Assembly (NCBI RefSeq): GCF_006345805.1
Contig: NW_021835702.1
Location: 1 to 39,237, forward strand
From: Octopus sinensis
Lineage: Eukaryota
Direction: 5' to 3'
DNA: 39,237 nucleotides
Part shown: positions 24,573 to 36,659 of the stretch, piece by piece
Position numbering within the stretch: the first letter of the stretch is position 1
Layout: each line of letters begins with the position of its first letter
Position numbers and translations under genes: made by a program
The notes under the pieces: model-generated
The model's input: the letters and a program-made list of their open reading frames with translations, nothing else
Told to the model about the DNA's origin: nothing
Databases searched by the model: none

Positions 24573-24757
24573 CTTAGGAGGAAATATTGCAGCTTCAAAG
24601 TGTTTAACAATGCACATACGTTAAATATGTCGTATTGATAGGTTTACATTATTTAAGCTGCTTCAAACAAAATATCTTGGCGATGGGAAGTGATTCTCAA
24701 TGCAAATCTATATATATATATATATATGTATATGTATATATGTATGTATATATATAT

Positions 24758-24792
<35 letters not shown>

Positions 24793-25360
24793 CTTGGCTA
24801 TTGAATAATTGTCACATATTATTTTACAGATATATATATATATATATATATATCTTATTATAAAAGGCAGATTTTATCTGCCTCCCTTTGTCAGTTATAG
24901 AAATCTACAATTTAGGATTTCTTCAATTACAATTTACCTAGCATTTTTAAGAGTAGAATGCATCGAGTCATGCCAGGTCCAGTTTTTAAAATTTAAACTC
25001 CAATTAAGCAAAATTTACAGAAACTCACATTCTGGTGTGTATGTCAAATGCTTTTCTTAGTCTGGTTTACAGCACACGCAAACGCACACACACAGTGTGC
25101 AACAAATAAAGTGAAACTAATTCACTGTGTGTTGACAGGTAGAAAATAGAATGCGATGGTGATGGCTATGGCGATGGCGATGTAATATTTGTTTCTGTCT
25201 ATGACGCTGATAGATACATGAGTAAAATGTATGGGAAGCTAAGAGATAAGAGTGAGTGAAAATGTTCTTGGAAGAGAGTAAATAGCGAGAGTGATTTGAG
25301 GAAGACTTTACATTAAATAACCGTAGTGGCTTGTATATATATATATATATATACATACAT

Positions 25361-25622
25361 AAGACAGTAAGGTGTGACTTAAGGGAGATTTGGCTGCTAT
25401 TTCTACCATGTCTAGCTGCCATGTAGGGGTCTCCCTCATAGGCTCATACATACATATATACATAGATAAGACAGTAAGGTGTGATTTTGGGGAAATTTGG
25501 CTGCTATTTCTACCAGGTCTAGCTACCATGTAGAGGTCCCCCTCATTGGCTCATATATATATACATACATAAGACAGTAAGGTGTGATTTGAGGGAGATT
25601 TGGCTGCTGTTTCTACCAGGTC
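25361..25622. repeat. ~105-bp tandem repeat (unit starts 25361, 25468, 25571; duplicate array starts 27346, 27453)
   Basis: AAGACAGTAAGGTGTGA.TT...GAGATTTGGCTGCTATTTCTACCA.GTCT recurs with periods of 107 and 103 bp. Confidence 0.9.
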
Positions 25623-25714
25623 TGTTAGGCCTTCTCATGTAAACTCAAGCTTTCTCATGCCTTTAACATAAGACCAAAGCAGAGAATGTATTCTTTTATT
25701 CTTCTGCTTTTTCC

Positions 25715-25960
25715 AGCCATTGGTCTGTGGCCATGCTGGGGCAATGCCTTGAAGAATTGTAGTTTAATGAATCAACTCCAGTTTTATTTTTGTAAGCATT
25801 GTACTTATTCTATCTGTTTCCTTTGTCAAACCACTAGGTGACAGGGATGTAAACAAACCAACATTCGTTGTCAAGCAGTGGTGGAGGACAATCACAAGCA
25901 CAGACACGCACACACACACACATACATGCATACACATATACACACATACATACATACATA
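25715..25960 (-). mobile_element. SINE 3' half (37863 family); duplicate at ~27575-27830
   Basis: GGCCATGCTGGGGCAATGCC...GGGATGTAAACAAACCAAC is the reverse complement of the family tail. Confidence 0.7.
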
Positions 25961-25984
25961 TATATATATATGTGTATATATATA

Positions 25985-26243
25985 TTGCAGCGTGGAATGT
26001 GTTTGTAAGCCATTTAAGAAACACACAAAACCCGTTAGATTCACTTCAACATTTAAATTTAATTTGCCAAAATATTTTCCTCGCTTTGAGACCGCAACCT
26101 GTTCACTGACAAAAACATCGTGCTAACAGGTCGCGGTCTCAAAGCGACGAAAATATTTTGACAAATTAAATTTAAATGTTGAAGTGAATCTAACGGTTTT
26201 TGTGTGTTTCTTAAATGGCTTATAAACACCTTCAGCGCTGCAA
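25985..26243. repeat. 259-bp foldback (MITE-like) element, ~119-bp arms, 21-nt spacer
   Basis: TTGCAGCG...GAGACCGCAACCTGTT cactgacaaaaacatcgtgct AACAGGTCGCGGTCTC...CGCTGCAA. No target-site duplication is evident. Confidence 0.88.
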
Positions 26244-26311
26244 CTGTTTTCGTTCCAGCACACGATCTCAGATCAAGTCACTTGCTATGCAAGTACATCT
26301 CTGTAACTATA

Positions 26312-26356
<45 letters not shown>

Positions 26357-26846
26357 TATATAATATATATATAATATATATATGTATATTGGTAAAAACA
26401 GTAAGATAACAAAAGAAAGAAAGAGACCTCAATATTATGTAAATAGAGGAAATCTTTATATATAAAAGTGAGGTTGTGTGTCTGTCTCCTACGATTTAGA
26501 TTCCTAACTACTCCCACATTTTGCGGTGCAGTTTAACCAAAACCGGGTATCTTATAGTCGTGATCATATCGAGCCGTCTGGGTATTAGCGCGCGTCTACG
26601 ATGAGTTTACGATTTAAAAAAAAATTACCATCAATTTTTCCCATTTTTAATCCATTTTTGACATATATAAGGGAAGTAACTCTCTAAAATTTATTATTAA
26701 ATCTCAGAACGTAAAAAGCTACAGTAACACCCCTCCCCCTTTGTGGTTAGCCATATTGAGATGGCTATTATACTTTACATCTCTAAAAATGCTTATATAA
26801 TTATTTTCCTTACAAACCCGAGCAACGCCGGGCGATACTGCTAGTA

Positions 26847-28677
26847 TCTCTTATTATAAAAGGCAGATTTTATCTGCCTCCCTTTGGGAGTTATACAAAT
26901 CTACAATATAGGATTTCTTCAATTACAATTTACCTAGAATTTTTAAGAGTACAATGCATCGCGTCATGCCAGGTCCAGTTTTTAAAATTTAAACTCCAAT
27001 TAAGCAAAATTTACAGAAAACTCACATTCTGGTGTGTGTGTGTCAAATGCTTTTCTTAGTCTGGTTTACACCACACGCAAACGCACACACACAGTGGGAA
27101 CGAATAAAATGAAAGTAATTCACTTACTGTAGTGAGTGATTCTTTCACTCTGCCTCCCACTTCCTCTTTCCACACATAGACACGCAAATATATAAATAAA
27201 ATTGTAAGCTAACGTGCGTGTGTGTGAGTGTGTGTGTGTGTGTGTGCGCGTGTGTGTGTGTGTGAGGGTGCGTGCGTGTGCGTGAGTGTGTGACAGGAAA
27301 GTTTTTACGACAAATATAACACCTATATCCAAGTAGCAGAAAGATAAGACAGTAAGGTGTGATTTGAGGGAGATTTGGCTGCTATTTCTACCATGTCTAC
27401 CTGCCATGTAGGGGTCTCCCTCATAGGCTCATACATACGTATATACATAGATAAGACAGTAAGGTGTGATTTGGGGGAAATTTGGCTGCTATTTCTACCA
27501 GGTCTGTTAGGCCTTCTCATGTAAACTCAACCTTTCTCATAAGACCAAAGCAGAGAATGTATTCTATTAGTCTTCTGCTTTTTCCAGCCATTGGTCTGTG
27601 GCCATGCTGGGGCAATGCCTTGAAGAATTGTAGTTTAATGAATCAACTCCAGTTTTATTTTTGTAAGCATTGTACTTATTCTATGTTTCCTTTGTCAAAC
27701 CACTAGGTGACAGGGATGTAAACAAACCAACATTCGTTGTCAAGCAGTGGTGGAGGACAATCACAAGCACAGACACGCACACACACACACATACATGCAT
27801 ACACATATACACACATACATACATACATACATATATATATATATGTGTGTATATATATATTGCAGCGTGGAAGGTGTTTGTAAGCCATTTAAGAAACACA
27901 CAAAAACCGTTACATTCACTTCAACATTTAAATTTAATTTGCCAAAATATTTTCGTCGCTTTGAGACCGCAACCTGTTCACTGACAAAAATATCGTGCTA
28001 ACAGGTCGCGGTCTCAAAGCGACGAAAATATTTTGACAAATTAAATTTAAATGTTGAAGTGAATCTAACGGTTTTTGTGTGTTTCTTAAATGGCTTATAA
28101 ACACCTTCAACGCTGCAACTGTTTTCGTTCCAGCACACGATCTCAGATCAAGTCACTTGCTATGCAAGTACATCTCTGTGACTATATATATATTTATATA
28201 TATATATATATATGTATATTGGTAAAAACAGTAAGATAACAAAAGAAAGAAAGAGACCTCAATATTATGTAAATAGAGGAAATCTTTATATATAAAAGTG
28301 AGGTTGTGTGTCTGTCTCCTACGATTTAGATTCCTAACTACTCCCACATTTTGCGGTGCAGTTTAACCAAAACCGGGTATCTTATAGTCGTGATTCATAT
28401 CGAGCCCGTCTGGGTATTAGCGCGCGTCTACGATGAGTCTACGATTTAAAAAAAAATTTACCATCAATTTTTCCCATTTTTAATCCATTTTTGACATATA
28501 TAAGGGAAGTAACTCTCTAAAATTTATTATTAAATCTCAGAACGTAAAAAGCTACAGTAACACCCCTCCCCCTTTGTGGTTAGCCATATTGAGATGGCTA
28601 TTATACTTTACATCTCTAAAAATGCTTATATAATTATTTCCCTTACAAACCCGAGCAACGCCGGGCGATACTGCTAG
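26847..28677 (+). mobile_element. Composite Helitron-like unit 2 (tandem copy; family B element 28283-28677)
   Basis: Repeats 24853-~25125 at 26847-~27124 and ~25358-26844 at ~27344-28677. It ends in the same hairpin + CTAG. Confidence 0.65.
27860..28118. repeat. Second copy of the 259-bp foldback element
   Basis: Near-identical to 25985-26243. Confidence 0.88.
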
Positions 28678-29037
28678 TATATATATAAACGGCAAAATGT
28701 CTGTGTGCGTGTCCTTTATACAAATCCACAATTTTTCAGTTGGATGGCTCGCACTTTCTACGGTCATTCAAAACCATCCAAGGGTGGTCGTGCACATCTT
28801 TACATTTCCCCAGTCACCCCGCAAAGCCATTAAAAAATCAATAGAAGTGACTTTTTCGTGAATTTTCTATCCAAAACTCAATCAAAATGCCTGAAACTTG
28901 ATACGCCAATTGAATGCCAGCTAGCTGTATGTGATTTGTCGGAGATTTGGACAGTACTCACGTGTATGTGCGCACGCACGCAGCTGTATATGCAAGCACT
29001 AGCACTATAACCCCGGCTATGCCGGGTCATAGTGCTA

Positions 29038-29038
<1 letters not shown>
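28678..29038 (+). mobile_element. Non-autonomous Helitron-like element (third family) abutting unit 2
   Basis: The 5' end is ATATATAAACGGCAAAATGTCTGTGTG. The 3' hairpin CCCGGC-tat-GCCGGG lies at 29012-29026, followed by CTAG ending at 29038, then (TA)n. Confidence 0.65.
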
Positions 29039-29129
<91 letters not shown>

Positions 29130-29413
29130 TATATATGTATATATATATATGTATACACACACGCATATATGTATATATATATATATATATATAGGGATAA
29201 ATATTTTATATATAAAGAACGTGAAATACCGGAAGGGACAAACACGGAACACAGACAAATCATTCGAAGCCTTCAATCTTCAGTCAGACACCGAATCATC
29301 ATCGCAAATTTCGGGTATATGTATATATATATATGTATATATATATGTATATATAAATAGATATATATGTATATGTATGTATATATATGTGTATATGTAT
29401 CTATATATGTATG

Positions 29414-29513
<100 letters not shown>

Positions 29514-29985
29514 AGGATACCTGTTGAATCGGAAACCTGCTACGGATCCTTAGCTCCAGCCTCAGCTCTGAACTTGGAAGAACTTAATGGATGACCAATT
29601 ATAGCACTTACTCAACGTACCTATTCGTTTAGATCACCAGTGAACTAAACTCTTCATAGTCTTTGTATATATATCTCTATCACAACCACCACCACCACCA
29701 CCATCACCACCACCTCTACCACTACCACCATTATCATCATCATCATCATCATCGAAAGTCTGTACACCAGCATGACCAAAAAATCTGATTTCTAAATTAA
29801 TCTAGACACATCACTATCACCACCACCACCACCACCACCACCACCGCCGCCACCACCACCACTGCCGCCACCACCACCATCAACATCATATGCATCATCT
29901 TCATCACCATTATAATCATTCAAATCTCCATTTCTCTTGGAAGAACACTGAAAGGACATCGAAAGTGACATTCGCCCTCATATTT

Positions 29986-30033
<48 letters not shown>

Positions 30034-30106
30034 ACGAACTGAGACATACGCATATACGAATATACTACGCATGCATATACACTAATAAGTTGATTATAAA
30101 CAAACA

Positions 30107-30144
<38 letters not shown>

Positions 30145-30333
30145 ACTACAACTAAACACAACTACACAGAAAATCTGCACAGAAATATATATAAACACAC
30201 AAACACATACAAACACCCAGTTATACATACACACACACTGAGACGTTGGCAAACGCATAGAGATCAACTCACGCACCTATACCCGTACAGATACATAAGA
30301 ACACATACATACATACATACATACATACATACA

Positions 30334-30367
<34 letters not shown>

Positions 30368-30849
30368 CATACGTACATAAGAATACATACATACACACAC
30401 GTACATAAGAATACATACATACATACACATACACGTACACACCCAACAACATCCACACATATATACAGACACATACACAAGCGCATACGCACGCAGACAC
30501 AGACACAAAGGCACTCTCACAAGCATACAGATTTACTCATATACATACACAAGGACGTACACATACAAACATACACACACATACAGTGATATATAGAGAC
30601 CTATATGTACACATACATACACATACATAAGCACGTACACAGACACACACAATTGACATAAATCTCACAACTTAAAGGTCAAATTCTTATTTTTGCGAAT
30701 TTTCGGTTTGTTTTGTTTTCAGTATAAAATGCGAAGAGCTTTAAGGAGTGTACCAAGCCTAAAATGACCTACACCATCGACAGTACAATGTTGTTTTGTG
30801 GCACAACTGTACTAATAACGTCATGGGCTTAAGGGTCTGATTTTAGGGT

Positions 30850-31002
30850 GACTCCAACTTCACACCCCACCACCACTACACATTGCCAACCCAGCCCATA
30901 CACACCACCCGCCGACGCCGCACCACCACTACCACCACTACAACTACCACCACTAACACCACCACCACTACAACCACCACCAGCAGCAGCAGCAGCACCA
31001 CC

Positions 31003-31034
<32 letters not shown>

Positions 31035-31310
31035 CAACGCAAGAGTGCAAGAACACCACCACAATCTTCGCCACCTCGTCACCACAAGCACCGCCACTCT
31101 GCCACCAGTATCGCTACTTTGCAACCAGTACCACCACCTCGCCACTACCACTAGCGTCATCCCACCTTCACTACCAAAACCACCACCACCATCACCACCA
31201 CTACCACCATCAATAGTTCCAACAGCACTGCTACCAGCGTCGTCACCACTACCACCCCAATGGCCAATTCAGATCAAACGTAGCTAACAGTACCATCACC
31301 ACCACCACCC
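30850..31310. repeat. Imperfect (ACC/CAC)n trinucleotide repeat (similar tract 29680-29885)
   Basis: Direct reading of the sequence. It explains the Pro/Thr/His-rich ORFs. Confidence 0.85.
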
Positions 31311-31679
31311 CACCACAAAATAACACCTATACTATCTCAACCATATTCTAAAATGTCTTTAAGGTGAACTCTATGGCAAGCGCTCGACACCCCAGAAATT
31401 GTAGGCAAAAACGTCCCTCAAACTGTACATCCTACAGTCTTAAAAAGGATGAACATACGGGACAATTACGTCGCTCTAGATATAAAAAAACAGGAAACAG
31501 TTGGAGTGGTCATGAGTGGGATGTCGTTGATCCTAGGTCTGCTTGAACAATACTTATCTGAAGCTAAGAAACCCACTGTGACACGAGCCAAGGCCCTTAC
31601 TGGTCAGTCTACCAAATAAAGGTGTGTTGTATATTTGACCATTCGATTTTGTAGTTCTAAATATTAAGTGGGAGAAGGT

Positions 31680-32042
31680 TGATTTATATCAATGCAGTGG
31701 TCAACTGGCACTTATTTTATCGACCCCGACGGAAAGGTAAAGTCGACCTCGGCGGAATTCGAACTCAGAACGTAAAGTCGGAAGAAATGCCGATAAGTAT
31801 TTTTACCCGGCGGGCTAACGATTCTGGCAGCTCACCGACTTTTAAATATTGGTTTCAGATTTTGGCACAACGCCAGCAATTTCGGAGGAAGGGGTAGTTC
31901 GACTACATCGACCCCAGTACGCAACTAGTACTTATTTTATCGACCTCGAAAGGAGGAAAGGCAAAGTCGACCTCGGCGGAATTTGAACTCAGAACGTGAA
32001 GTCGGAAGAAATGCCGATATGCATTTCGCCTTGCACCGCCTT
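31680..32042 (-). mobile_element. Two tandem SINE copies (7930 family): ~31680-31845 and ~31860-32042
   Basis: TTTATCGACC...AAAGTCGACCTCGGCGGAATT.GAACTCAGAACGT occurs in both. Confidence 0.85.
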
Positions 32043-32785
32043 CTGTAGTTCTAAATATTAACATCCTTTAAACTCCTATACAGACTGAGTAGGTGGCCTT
32101 TTTGAGGGGGAATCTATACTTGAATGCATGTGTGTGTTGCTGAAAAGCTTCATCATCGAACACTTATAAAACAGAATTCTGGATACTAAACAGCGTTTGA
32201 AAAACTTTCCCATGACTGATAACGAGTGTTCTGGTTATTATTTATCATTCATACAAAACACACGACTGTTTGTTACAGCAATTTCTTGACGCTTTGATTT
32301 ATATTGTAGCATGTACGTGTTTTTTCTTCTTTCTAAAATAACTAAACACTGTAATAAAGTATTTAATTGTTGTTTACAGAAACCATTAGCGTTGTTGATT
32401 CAAACAGACCAATTCTAAGTCCATTGTTCCGACACAAAGTGTAGTCCCACCGCGCATAGAATACCGTCAAACCACATCAAATTCCAACTGAGTGTGGAAG
32501 TTCGCTAAAAATCGTCATCATTTCAAAAACTAACATGACTGCTGGGTTAACAACACCAGCATCTAAATGTCAGCCAATTTGAGAAGTTTATTTATACACG
32601 CTAAATTAGGCAATCCAAATAGTTAATTGAATTTTGAATCGACGCCATAGTTACAAACATGGCGTAGCTAGAATGTCAAAGGCAGACACTATCAGCCATA
32701 GTTTAATTATCATGTCTAACTGGATAAATCAATCACTCTGGAATATTAGTGAACTTCTAGTCACCTTTCATCAGCAGTTTGTAGA

Positions 32786-32866
<81 letters not shown>

Positions 32867-33071
32867 ATATATATATATTATAACATTATATATAAGGGCT
32901 TAGTAAAATAAATTACTTTGCCACATACTGAACTCATTAGAAATAGCAGCTAAAGAAATTTCTTCAGCTATTTCTAATACTTAAAGAAGATCTCTCTCAG
33001 ATAGTGTTTGCCTCAACTAACTCACAAAAGTATGGGGGAAAAAACATTAAAAAATCAGTGCAAAGGTTATT

Positions 33072-33123
33072 TGAGAACGTACGTTTCTAGATTAGTCAAT
33101 TCGACATTTCTTTCTTCAGCTCA
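33072..33123 (-). ncRNA. Hammerhead-like motif in array unit 1
   Basis: The reverse complement is TGAG CTGAAGA aAGAaatGTCgaattGACtaaTCTa GAAAC gtac GTT CTCA. Stem I is TGAG/CTCA and stem III contains the palindrome ACGTACGT. The base of stem II is mismatched. Confidence 0.45.
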
Positions 33124-33624
33124 GAATTCCTTGAATCGGATTTGGGAACACTTAAAGTCGGGAGCATACCCTTTCGGATTCTAATCACCTATAGAATTCT
33201 GCTCGAACTAAAAGTGCTATCAAATTCGAATATGCAAGCGAAGAATTTCTGCTCTCCCTTTCCACCAGCGTGGGTTAAAATTGACAAACACCAAGTATTA
33301 ACAGTGAAGACCGCAGAATTTAGCTAAGAGAGATGAATTATAATTTCAACAATTGAGGGTAAAATTAATTAATTATTAATCAGTTTCACCAAGTGTTCAG
33401 TATGTAAAGGGACCATTATAGGCGAATTCAAAATATTACGTTATATATAAGGGCTTAGTAAAATAAATTACTTTGCCCAATACTGAACTCATTGAGAATA
33501 GCAGCTAAAGAAATTTCTTCAGCTATTTCTAATATTAAAGAAGATCTCTCTCAGATGTGTTTGCCTCAACTAACTCACAAAAGTATGGGGGAAAAAACAT
33601 TAAAAAATCAAGTGCAAAGGTTAT

Positions 33625-33676
33625 TGAGAACGTACGTTTCTCGATTAGTCAATTCGACATTTCTTTCTTCAGCTCA
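33625..33676 (-). ncRNA. Hammerhead-like motif in array unit 2
   Basis: Same as unit 1 except ...AATCGA GAAAC. Confidence 0.42.
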
Positions 33677-34160
33677 GAATTCCTTGAATCGGATTTGGAA
33701 ACACTTAAAGTCGGGAGCATACCCTTTCGGCTTCTAATCACCTATAGAATTCTGTCGAACTAAAAGTGCTATCAAATTCGAATATGCAAGCGAAGAATTT
33801 CTGCTCTCCCCTTTCCACCAGCGTGGGTTAAAATTGACAAACACCAAGTATTAACAGTGAAGACCGCAGAATTTAGCTAAGAGAGATGAATTATAATTTC
33901 AACAATTGAGGGTAAAATTAATTAATTATTAATCAGTTTCACCAAGTGTTCAGTATGTAAAGGGACCATTATAGGCGAATTCAAAATATTACATTATATA
34001 TAAGGGCTTAGTAAAATAAATTACTTTGCCACATACTGAACTCATTAGAAATAGCAGCTAAAGAAATTTCTTCAGCTATTTCTAATACTTAAAGAAGATC
34101 TCTCTCAGATAGTGTTTGCCTCAACTAACTCACAAAAGTATGGGGGAAAAAACATTTAAA

Positions 34161-34583
34161 GGCGCATGGCTCAGTGGTTAGATCGTCGAGCTAACGATCG
34201 CGAGGTTGTGAGTTCGAATCCCGGACCGAGCTGCGTGTTGTGTTTTTGAGCAAGACATTTTATTTCACGTTGCTCCAGTTCACTCAGCTGTAGAAATGAG
34301 TTGCGATGTCACTGGTGCCAAGCTATATCGGCCCCTTTGCCTTTCCCTTGGATAACACTGGTGGTGTGGAGAGGGGAGGCTTGTATGCATGGGCGAGCTG
34401 CCAGGACTTGTTTGTCCGGACTTGTGCCTGGGAGGGTAACTTTCTAGGTGCAATCCCATGGTCAATGATGACCGAAGGGGGTCTCAGCGGGGTGGCGTCA
34501 TTCGAAGGCTAAAACGATGCGAAGCGCATTGTGACCAGCGATGTGTAACAACATCTGATGGCCTGGTCGGTCACGGTGATCAC

Positions 34584-34585
<2 letters not shown>
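34161..34585 (+). mobile_element. Near-complete tRNA-derived SINE with conserved central domain
   Basis: The head is GGCGCATGGCTCAGTGGTTAGA...GTGAGTTCGAATCCCGG (A and B boxes). The body is TTGAGCAAGACA...GTTGCTCCAGTTCACTCAGCTGTAGAAATGAG. It ends at (TA)n. Confidence 0.85.
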
Positions 34586-34644
<59 letters not shown>

Positions 34645-35233
34645 TGACAGGGGAAGTAACCACCTCATGACCATCCTTAGAGTCACTAGATTAGGCCTAG
34701 TTTCTATTCTGCAGACATCATCATTAGTGACTACTTAATAGCTCGATGGTTTGGCTAATTCCGTCTGCTAGCGTATATATTTTTACCAAACAAATTTATA
34801 GCTGATTTAGCGAAATGCTAATGCATATACTAAAAATTAATATAAACAGCTAAATGTATATATATATTGCGCTTTTCTTATAGCGTTAAGAGTTTTTAAC
34901 TCTTATTTCTAGCAATGTATGTGCTTCGCAACCTTAGTCGATGATCAATTTTTTCCTTTATGATATTTGGTTGAGCCTAGCTGTTTGTTTATAAAAATGT
35001 CATTAAAGTAGAATCAAGACAGCTTAAGCATATATCAACTAAATTTGACTGAAGTGTATGAGCGTTTGGACCCAATCAGATTTGCAAGGAGCCGTGATAG
35101 CGTCGATTCGTGAATTCGATTCTGCCTGAGGTTTGCTCATCATTTTTCAGTCATTCGTTTATATTTAAAAATTGTTTCAAATCGGAGTATAAATATCATT
35201 ATGATATACATTATATAGTTATTATACTATTAT

Positions 35234-35298
<65 letters not shown>

Positions 35299-35374
35299 GC
35301 ACACATTCATGAGTGCAGCACCCTAACCACTGAACCATACATATAAGCAGAGATCATTGATTATATAAATTTAA

Positions 35375-35546
35375 TTTATTTACTATAGGCTTACAGCTGT
35401 TTCAAATGTAAATTTGGGTGCGTTCATGTTTCGATTTTATCAGTCGATTGATAGGTCAAATACATGAAATTGATCGATTGATAAAATTGAACCATGAACG
35501 CATTCAAGTGTATGTCTGAAACAGCTGTAAGCCTATACTAAATAAA
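35375..35546 (+). repeat. 172-nt hairpin: 78-bp arms, 16-nt loop
   Basis: Arms 35375-35452 and 35469-35546 pair without gaps. On the + strand there are 65 Watson-Crick pairs, 9 G-U pairs and 4 mismatches (hand count). Confidence 0.9.
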
Positions 35547-35868
35547 TAAGCAAATAAATGTTTATAGTCCATTGTTTTTGTGTGTCATGTATTATTCTGT
35601 AAAAACATTTCATCTTCATTAGGTAATTGCAACCACGAATTTACATATCTGACTGGTGGTGGTCTTCGAATTCGTCTTTTGGCATCGTATTATCCAGAGA
35701 ACAATATCGATCATAAGTCATTTTCGCTTGCCGGGTGCATCTTTATCTGTAGAGTATTTTGCCTATGTATGTATGTATGTATGTATGTATGTATGTGTAT
35801 GTATGGTGTATGTATGTATGTATGCATCAATATATGTATATATATATATACATATATGTATGTGTGTG

Positions 35869-35901
<33 letters not shown>

Positions 35902-35903
<2 letters not shown>

Positions 35904-35996
35904 AGGCTACACATGTTTCCTACTAGCAGAACCTCCTGGGTGGGATAATAATTACTCAACGAAGGGGTTCGCCACTTACTACTCATCAGGCTGAGG
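35902..35996 (-). ncRNA. Degenerate type I hammerhead ribozyme
   Basis: The reverse complement is CCTCAGC CTGATGA gtagtaagtggcGAACC...GGTTCtgctagtag GAAAC atgt GTA GCCTGG. It has the same AC-atgt-GT stem III as 2230-2241, but stems I and II are imperfect. Confidence 0.45.
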
Positions 35997-36429
35997 ATAC
36001 TTTAGTTAAATGAAGGTTATATTGTCGTCAATGTAACATGCATACACTCATACATACATAAATACATACATACATAATACAATCATATATACATACAATC
36101 ATACATACATATATATATACATACATAATGCATACATACATACATACATACATACATACATACATACATACATACATACATACATACATACATACACAGT
36201 GATGTATAGTAAGTCTTCTAAGCCACTGTGGAGTAGTAATTTAGTATTTCGTAGTGATTTGGAGTTCGATTCCACGAAGAAGGTTGAGGATCGTCTAAAG
36301 TTTGCTGACCTGGATAAATAAATATAATTTATTTGTGTGAGACAGTGAACTATCAAATACTCAAATACGCAGAATATATGTAGGAGTGTGTCTGTTTGTG
36401 TGTGAATATATATCTATATTACGTCTATA

Positions 36430-36508
<79 letters not shown>

Positions 36509-36543
36509 CACATATATATTACACCACTATTATATATAACACT

Positions 36544-36583
<40 letters not shown>

Positions 36584-36659
36584 TACATATATGGTCACGT
36601 ATCTATATATATATATATATGCATATGTATGTATGTATATATATATATATGTGTGTGTG

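Larger units (their letters stand above)
24853..26844 (+). mobile_element. Composite Helitron-like unit 1 (family A 5' end, SINE/foldback cargo, family B element 26453-26844 giving the 3' end)
   Basis: Starts at TCTTATTATAAAAGGCAG after TA repeats and ends CCCGAGCAACGCCGGGCGATACTGCTAG|T. Confidence 0.6.
32884..34155. repeat. Head-to-tail tandem array, ~554-bp unit, ~2.3 copies
   Basis: GGGCTTAGTAAAATAAATTAC recurs at 32896, 33451 and 34004 (periods 555 and 553). The array is bounded by (TA)n on the left and a SINE on the right. Confidence 0.95.

Noticed and set aside
25361-25622. Possible CRISPR-like repeat-spacer array
   Set aside because: The context is eukaryotic, the intervening segments are homologous rather than unique spacers, and there are no cas genes.
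30722-30790. Strong plus-strand splice acceptor
   Set aside because: All frames stop within 15 codons and no clear donor follows.
30848-31287. Pro-rich and Thr-rich ORFs resembling formin or mucin segments
   Set aside because: They are fully explained by an imperfect (ACC)n repeat, with no splice signals or flanking domain.
32735-32780. Minus-strand CTGATGA with a GGTGA/TCACT stem
   Set aside because: There is no GAAA after the stem.
34161-34230. Possible tRNA gene
   Set aside because: There is no proper acceptor stem or T-run terminator, and it continues into a SINE body shared with other copies.
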